DNA of 64,000 bases from the NCBI RefSeq assembly GCF_036321535.1, contig NC_087436.1, positions 43,092,001 to 43,156,000 on the forward strand, written 5' to 3'. Under the pieces are notes generated by a model that was not told the DNA's origin, ran no database searches, and saw only the letters and a program-made list of their open reading frames with translations. Source of the stretch: Camelus dromedarius. Taxonomy: Eukaryota. Shown here in pieces: positions 51,426 through 64,000 of this stretch. The position numbers and the translations under genes are program-made. The stretch's first letter is position 1. Every line of letters starts with the position of its first letter.

Positions 51426-53979
51426 CTGAGACAAGAAATGATGCATCTTCATATCGAGGGTTTCCTTCTGAAAGCATTCTAGCAAACTCACTGGCATAGT
51501 TAAGAGTGAACAGATGTGAAAGCAAAACACCTTTTTTAAGTAACAGGAACATTTCAAAAGCAAGGCTATCCTAATACCACCAAAAAAGACTGCCATCTTT
51601 CAAGACCTGTCCGCATTTAGTCAGCACGTCTTCTCTCTTTGTGGAGACTAGGTCTTCCCAGGGCACTGTGAAAGAAAAGCACCTAGTTCCAGATGCAGTA
51701 TTGCAGGACTGCCTTTGTCAATGAGGGGATTTCAGGGCAAACCTGGAATGAAAACTAAAACTCTTCTATTCTTGGTTCAATGTGATGGAGAGGAAATTGT
51801 TTACGGACTCCTTTTCTTTGCAGATTTCAAAGTGAGCTCAAAACCCAGTTATTGTGGTTTAAAGAAGTAATATGGCCCTTTCAGTTCTCAGAGGAGTAGT
51901 ACGAGAATAAAATCTGTCTTGGAAGGGTAAGGTTTGTGTGTTCATTCTAGTGGCATGGTTTTCTCTGAGATAGTCACTGTGAATATAAAAATATCAGTGA
52001 TTATAAGTTCAGGGTTTCAATATTCCCCTAAAACCATTAACTTACCAAACAGATCATCTAGCATCAGGAGAACGGGATAACGGGTTCCTTATAAATTGCA
52101 TTAGTGTGGATATGTAGGGTGATGCAAACAGACTGGTTTAAAATGTAGAAAATGTGAACTAAGAGGATCACTGAATTTTAAGGGATTATGCAAAGTTGCT
52201 AATTTTTAGAAAGTATTTACAATTCTTATAAAGGCATGAACAGCAACTATGTTTCTCTTAAATACTGAGTATAACTAGACAACAAAAGCCAAAAGTCCCA
52301 GGATCTGATCATACATAATTGAAGATTGATACACTGGCAAATACTAGCATAAACTTTTAAAAGAATGCATTTCCACACATAACAAACATAAAAATACATA
52401 AATCTGATACTGTTTTAAAACAAGCTTTTTACTCGTGTAAAAAGTTCTAAGAGTGGGTCCCCATCCAAGGACAAGATGCTAGTGCTCACGGCAGCATTAA
52501 TGACAAGTGAATATCTCAGAGGGAAATATCCTACTAAACTAAATGCTTGCAAAAGAAATGGTTCCAAGGAACAGCTAAATACTGCATGGAAAAAGCTTTA
52601 TCAGTAAGAATCTTGATCTTTTCATCTTCTTGGAAGATACTGACCTATATACATCTAGAGGGCATAATTTCTTCCTCCATCCATCCCTTGGATAGGGTAA
52701 GCCTGGCCCTTCTTCTTATTCAACCTCAGCAGGGTGCAGAAAGAAATATTAAAGCAGCTGCTGTTGGGCCACACTTTACTATCCATGAGCCCCACCTGAA
52801 GCTACAGCCAGTAGCCCTGGGAGACTGAGAAACAGAACAAACAGCTGTACAGCCGTGTGTCCAGCTCTGTGCAAATGCTGATACACTCCCAGTACTAAGG
52901 CAAAGAACTTGCCCTGTCTGTGTACTTACATACATTGGAATATATCCCCGGGTATCAGGACTGAGACCTCCTCTCTGTGCAATCCAAAGAAGCCCAAGAA
53001 GGAGTGACCTCCTTCTAGCCAAACTAAGATATTTCAACCTGAGGCTAAGCGGCCCATGCTGGACTTGGGATTTACAGAGATTAAAGCCATAATGAAAAAT
53101 AAGCTCCTTAATGAAATGTGTAGGTGTATATGTGAAATTCCACCCCAGCTATCTCCCTGTGTGAACAATGTGTAGAAGTCTAAGTGAACTTAACTTTCCT
53201 ATCTCCTTAACAGAAAGTTAAAAATTATATTATCCTATGATGTGCTTGTTATGGTTATGTGTGTGGTTTCCTATAGAAAGCTTAGCACTTTTTATCAGTG
53301 TCTTGAATATCTAAATGTTCAGGATAGGCATTTTTCAAAACATACATTTAATATCTAGTATCAGTTTATTTTATTATGAAACAATAATATCTATTCTATC
53401 TCATGTTTTGGGTTTGAAAAAGTCTGTACTACAGATAGAGATAGGCTGTATCTCCTTATTAAAATGAGGTATTTACTATTCAAAGATTCTCATTTTCCTG
53501 AATGTAACAGAAGTAAGACTAGGCAAATATATCATGCACCCCAATGGATCACCACTGGAACATACCAGAATACTTGCTGAGGTAAAACAACAAAGGGACA
53601 CATTTGTTGCCCAACCAAAACTTGGGTCCGCTCACCCTTGTTCAGTAGAGCCAATCTACTGACCCTGGGCTGTGGTGGTGAAGGAAAGTGCAGCCTTTAC
53701 TGTAGACACCAAACAAGGAGTCCAAGCAGCTAGTGCTCAAAAGATCCAGACTCCTTGTTTGGTGCCTGTAATAAATGCTGGACTTTCCTTCACTACAAGC
53801 CGGCGTTGGTAGATTGGATTTACTGCGCTCAGGAGAACAGACCCAAATTGGATTGGTAACACACACACACACACACACAAACACATGCACATACACACAC
53901 TCTCTCCTAGGTCATAGAAGAATGTATCATTGCCATGCTTCCACTTTTGATTTCTCTTAAAACTTTTCATACGAAGTAC

Positions 53980-54134
53980 CTTCATCCATGCCATTAAGGA
54001 TTTCATTCAGTTCGTCCTCAGTGTATTCACAGTAATGCTCTTTCCAGCTGTCCCCATTCTCACTGCGCAGGACCACCAGTTCCCTCTCCTTTCCTCGAAG
54101 GGCAGCAAAATGAGGGATCTCCACGATCACAGGC
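53980..54134 (-). CDS. ANK2: ZU5 exon, 155 nt ([27 protein letters not shown]...NGMDE)
   Basis: tgtcag|G CCT GTG ATC...GAA G|gtactt. Confidence 0.97.
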
Positions 54135-55123
54135 CTGACACAGTAAGGCAGAAGGTTCAGTGTGGACAGGAGCTAACCAACAGCAAGACAAGCACCTGGA
54201 CTTGGTCTGTTGCAAAGTGACCTGGAATTCTCTTTCTGGGGACAGGGACCTGGCGGGCCATCCTCCGGAGCCCTTCGGCTAGCAGATGGTCCCACAGTAC
54301 TAGCACTCCACCTCAGGGGCACCCATCCTCAGGGCCATGCTGCTACCTTAAGCCAAGGATGTTTCCCTGTGAGTGCATGTGGCATTCTGGAACTTCTCCT
54401 TTGATAAATGTAAGTGTAACACATTTAACCAAAAGAAATGTCCATGCATATCTATGATGTGTGCCAATCTCCTAAAACATTTTCTACAAGGTGCAAAATG
54501 ACAAAATGATTTGGGAGGGAAAATGGCTCATATGCTGCGTAATTGGATGTGTGGTAGATGAGATGTCAAAAAGTTGACTATTCGGGAACTAAAGAAACAT
54601 GCACTTGTGGATTTTTTTCCTTATATTTTCCTCATTCGAGGAAACAATAGGCATGTGTACACAGTGGTGGCCCTAACTGAGCTCCTCAGCAGTCAGCCCA
54701 GTGTGTCCAATGCCTATTATTATATTCAGGACCCACAACATGCATGGCCCTACTATTTTCAGGTTGCATTCCCTCTCCAAATTTAGAGAGGCTTTTGATT
54801 TTTCAGTCCAGGTTGCTTTGATACAGACTCCAAATTTATCATAACAACATCATAACTAGCACATAGGACAACTAGGCAGATCTCATGCTTGAAACAAAAA
54901 TGAAGGTCACAGCACTTGAAGGGAAAAGATATAAAAACATCACTCAAAAATAAAAGTCACATACCACAAGGGTCAGAAATGGTCCACTAAAGATAGGTTA
55001 TACAGAATTTAAATCATAGAGAGGGACATGTCATGGGCACAATGACAAAAAGAGAAATCATATTGCAGAAGAAGGAGAAGAATGGGGGCCAGCAGCCATC
55101 AATTTGTTTTAAGTCACTCCTAC

Positions 55124-55222
55124 CCAAGGAATTTGGTTCCAGGAGGCCCCAGCTGAAGGATGCGGCTGACCAAACTTTCTCCCTCATTAAGTGGGGGAGG
55201 AGCCGTTGGCAGGTGAAGTTTA
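55124..55222 (-). CDS. ANK2: 99-nt cassette exon (KLHLPTAPPPLNEGESLVSRILQLGPPGTKFLG)
   Basis: actcag|TAAACTT...CTTGG|gtagga; symmetric phase 2-2; peptide resembles the end of the preceding exon. Confidence 0.93.
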
Positions 55223-56397
55223 CTGAGTACATCCAAAGCAGCAGTGAAAGAAAGAACATAAGTAAGCTTCAGGTATCGTTTTCCACAGAACCCCAGCATC
55301 ACCAGCTGATGAACAGAGTGAAGTTTGGTTTCACACTGCATTCGGTTCTGCCCCCTCCATTGGTCACAAAGAGCGAGGAACAGAGACCCAGAGTGTACAA
55401 TGGAGGCGCGTGGAAGGAGGGCACTTGGGGGTGGACTCTGTCCCTACTTAGGTTCACTGCCAGGGCATGAGCCAAAAAAGGAAAAAAAAATGCTCCACGG
55501 GAAAGACAAAGCTGTTGGGAATATAATAAAAACTCTGACTCTGTAGCGAGGCCAGATGTTTTCATAGATATCCCCCAACAGATTTGACAATTATTAAAAA
55601 GCCTACAACGACCTGCATGTGAGGGAGGGGAAAGGGCCTGGTAAATATGAAGGGAATCATTGGGGAATTTATTCCAACCCTCATAGTATTTTCTGATGCA
55701 ACCCAGAACTTCACAGGCTCCTTCTAAATCTGGTCTGTCTGACAGGAGGACCTGGGAGGTGGTTTCTATAATCGGGACAATCCAGACACACCCCTTTTCA
55801 GGTGTGAACATAATTTGGAGCAACCTGTTAACAGTCTGCTCCAAATTACAAGGCTTTAGAACATCTCCTGAGTTCTAAAGCAAGAAATCCTCTCCCCAAT
55901 AAGACACTGGAAAAGCAAGAGTTCATGATTAATAGGATTTTCTCCCAGTTTTCGAGCACAAAGACTTGATATGACAAGACTTAAATACAATTGATTGGTT
56001 TCAAAAGATTTTGAAACTTGTCCCCCTCCAAAACTTCATCATTTTGTTAGTTTTCAGTGTTAGCTATTCATTTCTTGGCATACTGAGATACCACTTAATA
56101 TCACAGCAGCCGTACAAACAAACAGAAGAAAGAAGAAATGCTTATTTCTGCTCAAAATTGCTAAAATGAGCATGGTGGAAGTTATTCTTGATCGTGTCCT
56201 CTTAACAAAAACTATGCCTAAATAAACTGTTGGTGCAGTTTTAAGACTCAAAGGTAGCAATTTTGATAACAGAAAAGACAAATCACATAGACTAAGTTTT
56301 TTGATGTTCTGTAAAGAACACTGCTTTCCAAAGTGAAGGTAATGATTCTGTTCCATCACCATACAACGATTTAAATTTATGTTTGGAATAAGAGTAG

Positions 56398-56626
56398 TAC
56401 TGATGACCCTTGAACAACCACGCAGGTCCACTTTCACCCTGACTTTTTTCAACAGTAAATATTACAGAACCACATGGTCCATCAGTGGTTGTTGAACCCA
56501 CAGATGCAGAACCTGGAGTGTGCAGGAACCTCTTATAGGAGAGACCGACTCTAAGCTGGACGCAAATTTTCAACTGTGTGGAGGGTCAGCATCTCAAACC
56601 CCTGTGTTGTTCAAGGGCCAACTGTA
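56398..56626. mobile_element. Tigger2/MER8-like MITE
   Basis: Inverted termini ta-ctgatgacccttgaacaac ... gttgttcaagggccaactg-ta. Confidence 0.75.
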
Positions 56627-56967
56627 TTTTTTCTCTATGACTTTATCACTTAAATCTAAGATTTAAAAAAATACCTACCATTGACTAAAACAGGATTATT
56701 CATACTAGGAGTCTAGCAGCTATTATCATACCCAAAGAGAAAGAGTAATCGTTAAGCTGAATGTTTACCCCACTAATGCCTTAAAATCAGAGGCATGCAA
56801 GTGGAGTCAAGCATTGAGGCATGAAATCCAATTTGCAAAAAATGTCACAGGGGCCAATCGTCTTTCAGAACGTTTTGACGTACCTTTTTCCACTCCATCC
56901 TAGTGATTTCATGTAGAGGACACAAGCTCATCGGTGACTAAGTGGGAGGTTTATCAGAAACCCTTAC

Positions 56968-57192
56968 CCAAGGAACTGAGCACCGGAAGGTCCGACTTCA
57001 ATCAGGCGACTGGCCAGGCCTTCTCCTTCCACCATTGGAGGCATTGTCGCCAGTCGATGGCGTTTGACCAGCCGGCAGGTGACTCGTGTTGGGGCAGTAC
57101 ATTTCCGAGGTGGAATAATGATGCGGAGCCCATTGTGTCTGCATCCTCGCATAGCACCGCCTCGGGCATCCACCATAAAACTTACCAGGAAA
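56968..57192 (-). CDS. ANK2: ZU5-N exon, 225 nt ([16 protein letters not shown]...GAQFLG), spectrin-binding region
   Basis: ttttag|T TTC CTG...CTT GG|gtaagg; contains the ankyrin DARGG motif. Confidence 0.97.
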
Positions 57193-59031
57193 CTAAAAAT
57201 TAAAATAGAAGATGAAATGTGTCTTGGCATATCTGAAGGTGGATCAACAAGCTTTGTCAAGTTAGTTTTTTTCCATAATGCTCTGTTCTTAAGACATCTC
57301 TTTTTCATTTATATGAGTGGTGGCCAAAATTTTGTCCTTAAAAGTTATTCTACTTTATGCCAATGCCTTTATTTCAGTTTGGTTGCTGTTTCCATTTTTG
57401 TATTATTTTGATCTGCAACTAATGAAGAGCTCTGCTTATTATTTTGGACCATGGTGATGCTAAATATAAACTATAAATTTAAATTATGTCCAATTGAAAG
57501 TGGAATGAAATTATACAGAGAACATTGATGAGTCTCCTTTTGTTATAAATGCAAAGACTTCTGCCTCCTTCCACACGTGTCTTGAAAAATCTACACATGA
57601 AAATAATGTAAGGCTAGAGCAGAGAGGGAAGACCAAACTGTAGTTTTTCTAAGTTAACTCAGCTTTTTAAAAAATTACATCTTGTCCAGATCCTTTTAAT
57701 ATCATTTGTGACTTAAAAACATTCACAGGCCTTCTCTCAAGATCAAACCTTGAAACATGTATCCTGCTCCAATACCAACTTACCCAGGAGGCAGGTTTTT
57801 AACTGATTACATTCTAAAAAAAGAGGAAAAGCAAAATAATCAAATGTTTTGGATAGAACCAATTTACTGGTTAAAATGGACTTTTTCACTTCTTAAGTAG
57901 GAATCTCTCAGCTGTACCATTGTAATTGGTGGGGTAGACAGGTAACAGATTATAAATCCCTTCTGTTCTATGTTTTGAAGTGGGAAACACTGGGCTCTGC
58001 ATCGTGACTTTCCCTAAATTATAATAAATTGAATATGGAAAATCATAGCTAATAATTTAGAAATGTAAAGGCATCTCTATTAGTTTTGCTCCTTTTCTGC
58101 TGAGCTAATTGCCCATGAATGGGGAACAATAATTCAAAGTGACTTGATTTGTTTATTGTAAATGTACCAAGAGAAAGGGTTTGTTTTAATTTTGAAGTTG
58201 TTTCCTTTGAGATGGTCTTAGCAGATGGTGATGCAGCTTAGTTTGAGTTCTTGTCACTTTGTTAGTACTTATTAAAGTCTTGGAAGCACTCACTTTGTCA
58301 AAAAGCAAAAATTAAACCAGGCAATCTGTCGTGCACATATACACAAAGACACAAACAAACAGTGTGCAGACCCTTACACAAATAACATTACTGTCTTTCC
58401 CAATTTTCACTGCATTTGCAAGATTTTTATACCAAAACAGAAAGAGAAGAGCAACACATAGGTGTCTCAAGAATCTACTGATACCTTAACCAGCACAGAA
58501 CTATACCAGATTCATCACACCTAGATATTGCATCCTTGACAACATTTAAGACATTTGAAAGATATTCATCAAAGTAAGTTATGGGATAGAAATAATACAT
58601 TTATGCTATTTTTAGATAAGTGAAGTTTTTGAAAAATACCTTAGCATCCTCTTCACAGCAGAACAAAGAGCTCATCAAGCATGCTATTAAACAGAACCCC
58701 TGTTGCTAGTTAATACAAATGGCTATGAAGGAGCCCACAGTGCCTGTCTGCAGCAGGTCATGCAGGAAGAGGCCACAAGAAGAGGCATCACACTCCTTCC
58801 CACATGCAGAAGCCAGTTTAGACCTATCAATTCGTACTCAGTCCTCTAAGTGTTTATTATGGGGCACAAACTAGGGAGAATAATCAACAGTTCAGTTCTA
58901 AAGTGTGGATGTTTCTGGTCTTTATCAAAACACAATGAGAAAATGTCCACTGCTTTTCTTCCTACTAGTGTTTAAGTATGAATTTTCGAAAAAATTGGTT
59001 TCTATTTGCTTTTTAAAATGCACTATCACTC

Positions 59032-59157
59032 GGCGGAGGAGGGTATAGCTCAAGTGGTAGAGCACATACTTAGCATGCATGAGGTTTTGAGTTCAATCCC
59101 CACTACCTCCTCTTAACATAAACAAATGAATAAACCTAATTACCTCCCCCTCTAAAA
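59032..59157 (+). mobile_element. tRNA-derived SINE, resembles camelid Vic-1
   Basis: A box (tagctcaagtgg) and B box (gagttcaatccc), A-rich tail, and a 17-bp TSD aaaatgcact[a/g]tcactc at 59015-59031 and 59158-59174. Confidence 0.85.
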
Positions 59158-61824
59158 AAAATGCACTGTCACTCAAAAGAGTAAATGAACTGGTAGCACT
59201 TCCAGATGAATATGAAGGTTTCTTTCCCATTTTATTAGTTTTATTTTACTATGATATTTATGTTGATTTTTATAAAAACTAGGGAAAAAGCGACTTAAAC
59301 TTCAGCCAGTGCTGTCCCAAACTTATGGCTGTATTCCTAACTTTCTCTATTTTATGATTTTTTTTCATCTTTTGATTCCTAGCACCATTGGTGATGAACA
59401 GGGACTCAAACTACTAAGGGATTTTTATAATACACCTGCTTAATATCAATCTTCAATACTATTTGTACTTTTTAAAGGCATTTAGGGAGTCTCCACATTC
59501 ATGTTACATGCTATCATATTTCCACTATATTATCCCAGTGATGGCTTATGGCCTAATTAATGTCCCTATCTAGAATATCTTCTGGTGGTGTGTTCTCTCA
59601 ACAGTGAATTGAAATAGCTATGTTCTTGGCTGAAACAATGTTTAAGTAACTACATGCTTGATTATTTTCTCTGGTTTTGTGTCACTGACTGTTCCTTTTA
59701 AAATCTTCTTTTGTTCTTATTTACTCCATAATGTCCATGCTTTGTTCCATGCAATGTTTGCTACCCTCCTATGAAGTGCCAGGTGCCCTGCTATGAACTG
59801 AGTGAGGATACAGAAAGTAAGAACAGAGCGGCTGCTGCCAAGATGCTCACAGTCTAAGCCCCAGATGTCACATGTTGGCTTCTCTTACTCACAATCACTT
59901 ACTTTCCTGGTCAATGAGAAATGAATTACACCTCATATAGGAGCCATATTAGTGCCACAATGGCAGTGATCTTGTTCTCCATATTTCTTTCTGTGTCCCC
60001 ACAGTGCCTAGCACAATGTGAACGAAGCACTCAGCAGGTAGTTGATAAATAATCATTGAATAAGTGAATAGATGGAAGAGTGAAAAAGGTAAGTTGTGAG
60101 AAGCTGTCTATATTTATGTCTAGCAAAGAAGAAAGAGAAAATAGAAAGTAATTTAATTCTTTGGTCTCTGTCCAACCAATCCAGTCAGAATTCATTCAAA
60201 TTACTACACTCAGATATTTCAGCTCATAAAATAGCAAAATAGTTGGGAAGGACTATCCTCAACGTTAACTATTCCTCTACAGGCATTTTCCTGCTCCAAA
60301 ATGAGAAACCCAGTATATTTACTTCCCTTGATAAAGGATGAGTAGAAAATGGGAGTATGCAAAAGACAAGAGCTTGAATATACCGAAGTAAAGAACTTTC
60401 TAAGGAGTGAAAATTATATGAAGAAAGATTGAAGATTGGAAAATAAAAGAACTTAAAGACTGGAGCTGCAAGTAGATAAATTTAACTGTATGTGTCTTGG
60501 TGTCATTATAGATCTGGAAAATGATATTTAAGTATTTCACTAGAACGCAAAGCAAATTGGAAAAATTAAGGTGCCAATATGCATAATTCAGAGAAAAGAA
60601 AAACTGAATTTCAAATGAAAACAAGCCTTTGTGTCTTTAGCAAATAACTGAAGGAAGCAGCACAAAGTAATGAAAAGCAACAAGCTCTAGTGACGGAGTC
60701 ACTTGAGAGAGAGAGAGAGAGGAGAGGAAAGCAAAACAGAAACATATCAAGAAAGAAACAGAAGAATTGGAAGTCATGAAAGAGCTAAATATTAAAAGTC
60801 AAAATGATAAAAATGTTTACAAAATTAGCAAGAAAATACTCTAAGAAACCAGACTGAAATAACGTAAATGCAGAATAAACAACTAATAAAAAAGCTGATT
60901 GTGTGGAATTGAATACTTAAAGAAGTCTTTTCTTCAAATAATAGGGAATAAGAGAAATAATGACTCAAGTTTATATCTAGGTGCTGATGAAAAAGTCTTT
61001 TAGATAAAAATCAACATGCTCATCAGTTAATCCCAACAGTTTATAAAATTGGGTTAGCATTTGAGCATTTTCATTAAAAATATCAGAATATCAAAAGGTG
61101 TCACTATTTGGACAGGTAGTAGAATTAGTGGATAGTTATTTTGCGATGTAGAAAACAGTTTCAAAAAGCAAAAAGCAGACTGGAAGAGATCATTCACGCT
61201 TTTTTTGTACCATAAGAAAAAGTAAAAGTTTGGAAGGAGTGAGTCATGAGATGAATCAGTTCACATACTAGAGTTGATTAAATAAATGTAATTGTATCAT
61301 ATTTTCAGATTAAAATAGGACAACATAATGCCTGTAAACGTTTGGAGAGGAAAAGAACTGAAGTGAAAACATGTAAGTAAGTATGCACAGAGGAGACGGT
61401 ACATGGACTGAAGCTCAGCTCTGCTGTTGGTGAGCGTTGACTGAAGCCTCATCCATCAATGATGGGTAATCTTACCACCACTTAAGGGTAGAGTGAGGAT
61501 TAAACCACGTGTGGGTAAAGCATATGGAAATCAATCAATGCTTGTTTCCATCATTTGCCTTTCCCTATACCCATACGATTTTATATATTTTGAATGTCTC
61601 AAAAATTATAGTACAATCTAATACATAAACAGAGAAACTAATGTTTATTAAATATCTACAGGGAAGCCGGAACTTTGCTAAAACAGTTTAATATGATGAG
61701 GGAGTCTTCATTAGTTTGTGAACTGTACTATTTAAATAAGATATAAAACCCTATTGTCACAGAGCAGCATGGACCATGCTCTTTCGTGGGTCTAGCTCTC
61801 ATCTACCATGAGATCTATCCATGT

Positions 61825-61935
61825 CTTGAGTTACTGCTGTCACCTTGGGCAAGTCACTTAACGTTTTTAGGTTTCAGTTTTCTCATCCATAAAATGAGAG
61901 ACTTTGATTAAACTCTAAAGTAACCTTCTGGTGTT
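61825..61935 (+). mobile_element. MIR SINE remnant
   Basis: accttgggcaagtcacttaac...cagttttctcatccataaaatg core. Confidence 0.65.
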
Positions 61936-63512
61936 AAACTTCTAGCTAGGTTAGAGAACTTACTGGAATGTTCAATATCAGATGTTCTGGAAGAATTTCC
62001 ATTTGGAAAATAAAATGCTATTCCTCTAAGAAATAGATATTATTTTTGCTGTATGGTTAAAACAGTCAACGAGCAGTTTTGCAGAAAACGTATACACATA
62101 CTGCACTAAACATTGACTTAAGACTGTACAGACAATAAAAAAACACATTAACATACTCAGTTTTAATTGTATATCTTACTCTCCAAATGAAATTCAGCAA
62201 TCATGCAAAGTATAAATTCTTATTGAAGTTTTCTAAATTGTGAGATACAGTGTTATCACAATTTAAAAAGAATAAAAGCAAAAGCAATCCACCATTATTA
62301 TGCAGATGACTTGCCTAGGAATTATGTAGTTGATTAGCTAAACAGTACATGCTTCAGAGGAGGCAGCAGAAAACAAAGATTCTGGTCTTTTGAGAACTAT
62401 ATCCTCCACCCCAAAAGTTATGAATCCTTAGGTTTACTTTTAACTCATCCAGGACCATGGGGTGGGGACGAGGAGGAGATTGTAGCATTCGGAGTTAGTT
62501 ATAGGGTAAAAATAGGAAAAAAAAAGTCATCAGGGTGCTTCAGTGATCCACATATACATAGCAAGAGGGTCTTAGATTAAATCTGATTTCTGGGGTCCTG
62601 TGAGAAAATCGTGTCACAAGCTCTTTCTTCTCTGTAATTCTCTTAATTCCTTCCTGATCGTCCAAATTCTATGACTTGAAAAACTGATGGAAAATGGCTT
62701 TGAAAAAAGTGACTCAAATTTGTTAAAATCACCAAAAAGTTATTTATCATTATATTTATGTATAGAAACATAATATTTAGAATGTATTTCAGAAAAAGTA
62801 AAAGAACTTATATAAATTTTTCAAAATGTCTTATTTGTAGACAACCTGTAGTCTCATGATGGATGGCTGTATAATAAAAATAGTATAATCAGCAGGCTGA
62901 TAAGAACCTTTAAAATAACTTTATTAAAATAACATAGAAAAATGGACATTTTTAGAACACTAACTGAAATAATTCTATTTCCAATTACAATTTGCAAAAT
63001 ATCAAAAGGGTGCATTTAAAGAAGTACTAGCAAGCAAATGCACTATTAATAAACTTTCTGCATTTGGTTCACCTAGAATATAGTTCAGAAAAACTCTGCT
63101 CAGTGACGCTTAAAATCATAACCTTTAATATGACTTGAAAATAGCTCAACCAATTTGCATAATTGCCAGGAATAACATTTTTCAGCTCTATGTAGCACTT
63201 TTTCTCACAAAAGAAGCTGAGATATGGAGATCCACGACCAACACAGCTTTCACATGAGGTCTACATTAATTTTGGCACAACCCTACCTAATTTCCAACAA
63301 AATAAACAATACCCACTTTCTCTTTACCATAGAGAAAGGGGAATTCAGCCATGGCCATGATCTGGAGAAGACAAATCTCTCCCTCGTGCCCTCTCTCTGG
63401 CTAGGTACTGTCACACTGAAGCATCCTGAGGCAGGGTATATGCAGAGGGAGATGGTGAAAAGGGGAGAGGAATAGGAGACATGTTCAGAGAAGGAATTAT
63501 GCAGAAGTTCAC

Positions 63513-63548
63513 CTGCTGCTGTCACGATCAAGACATGGAGAGGTGCGG
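63513..63548 (-). CDS. ANK2: 36-nt cassette microexon (RTSPCLDRDSS) before ZU5
   Basis: Sense ttgcag|CCGCACC...AGCAGCAG|gtgaac; phase 2-2 fits the next exon; resembles the alternative RASPCLERDNSS peptide recalled for human ANK2. Confidence 0.85.
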
Positions 63549-64000
63549 CTGCAACAGAATAGATACTTTAGCACAGAGAAGGAATGGATAAAGGGAAATA
63601 TAAAGAAAGAAATCAGAAGTGACTTTCAACTGAAATATATTATCTATATAACAATACAGTATTCTTTGAAAAAAGATGGAAATATAAATGAGATATAGCT
63701 CTATGCAAATGCTGAAGAAGAGTCAGGTATGGGAGCTTTGTGGCACCTCCCAGGTTAGGGAATTGGGATCTTACAAAATCTCTGGATATGGCTTTGTAGC
63801 CCTATTCAACACTGGCTTACATGGGCACTTAAAGTCTAAATGTCCAAGAAACTGAAAAACATCAAGGGGCATTATAATGAAAGTTACAGGGGCTTTGATT
63901 TGATGGTCATAGTTTTGACTCCAAAGCTTTTTGTTCGTGTTTTTAATACTTTCAAAATAATGGCAATGCCCTCTTGGGCTATTACAGAAGAAATGCAAAC

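Larger units (their letters stand above)
7087..64000 (-). other. ANK2: Ankyrin-2 (ankyrin-B) gene, 3' portion; the 5' ankyrin-repeat exons lie beyond the right edge
   Basis: 24 minus-strand exons with GT-AG boundaries and consistent phases encode ZU5-ZU5-UPA, the giant insert, the death domain and the C-terminal tail, matching ankyrin-B as recalled. The 3' end is estimated from the poly(A) signal. Confidence 0.98.

Noticed and set aside
55033..55844. 145-aa and 181-aa ORFs near the 99-nt exon
   Set aside because: No recognisable protein similarity beyond antisense overlap with the real exon; lengths are compatible with chance.
59032..59112. tRNA-like sequence
   Set aside because: It has a TSD and A-rich tail and only a degenerate cloverleaf, so it is a SINE and not a tRNA gene.

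Overview
Mammalian genomic DNA carrying the 3' half of ANK2 (ankyrin-B) on the minus strand. A tRNA-derived SINE resembling Vic-1 suggests a camelid. I mapped 24 GT-AG-bounded coding exons by hand, and their reading-frame phases chain consistently. They run from a 36-nt cassette microexon (63513-63548) through the ZU5-ZU5-UPA region, 33-nt and 22-nt microexons, the 6,255-nt giant exon (28107-34361, with a LIR motif and 15 repeats of ~12 aa), the death domain and the C-terminal cassette exons. The last exon is read in two frames and is followed by a ~2.1-2.3 kb 3' UTR ending near AATAAA at 7108-7113. Positions ~1-7000 are intergenic, and this part and the introns carry ordinary L1, L2, MIR, LTR and DNA-transposon remnants. 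I found no convincing new gene system. The best leads concern splicing: the dual-frame last exon, a possible vestige of a small-ankyrin first exon, a perfect 15-bp intronic inverted repeat enclosing a candidate splice acceptor, and a candidate poison exon. Repeat family names and comparisons with human proteins are from memory and need confirming by database search.
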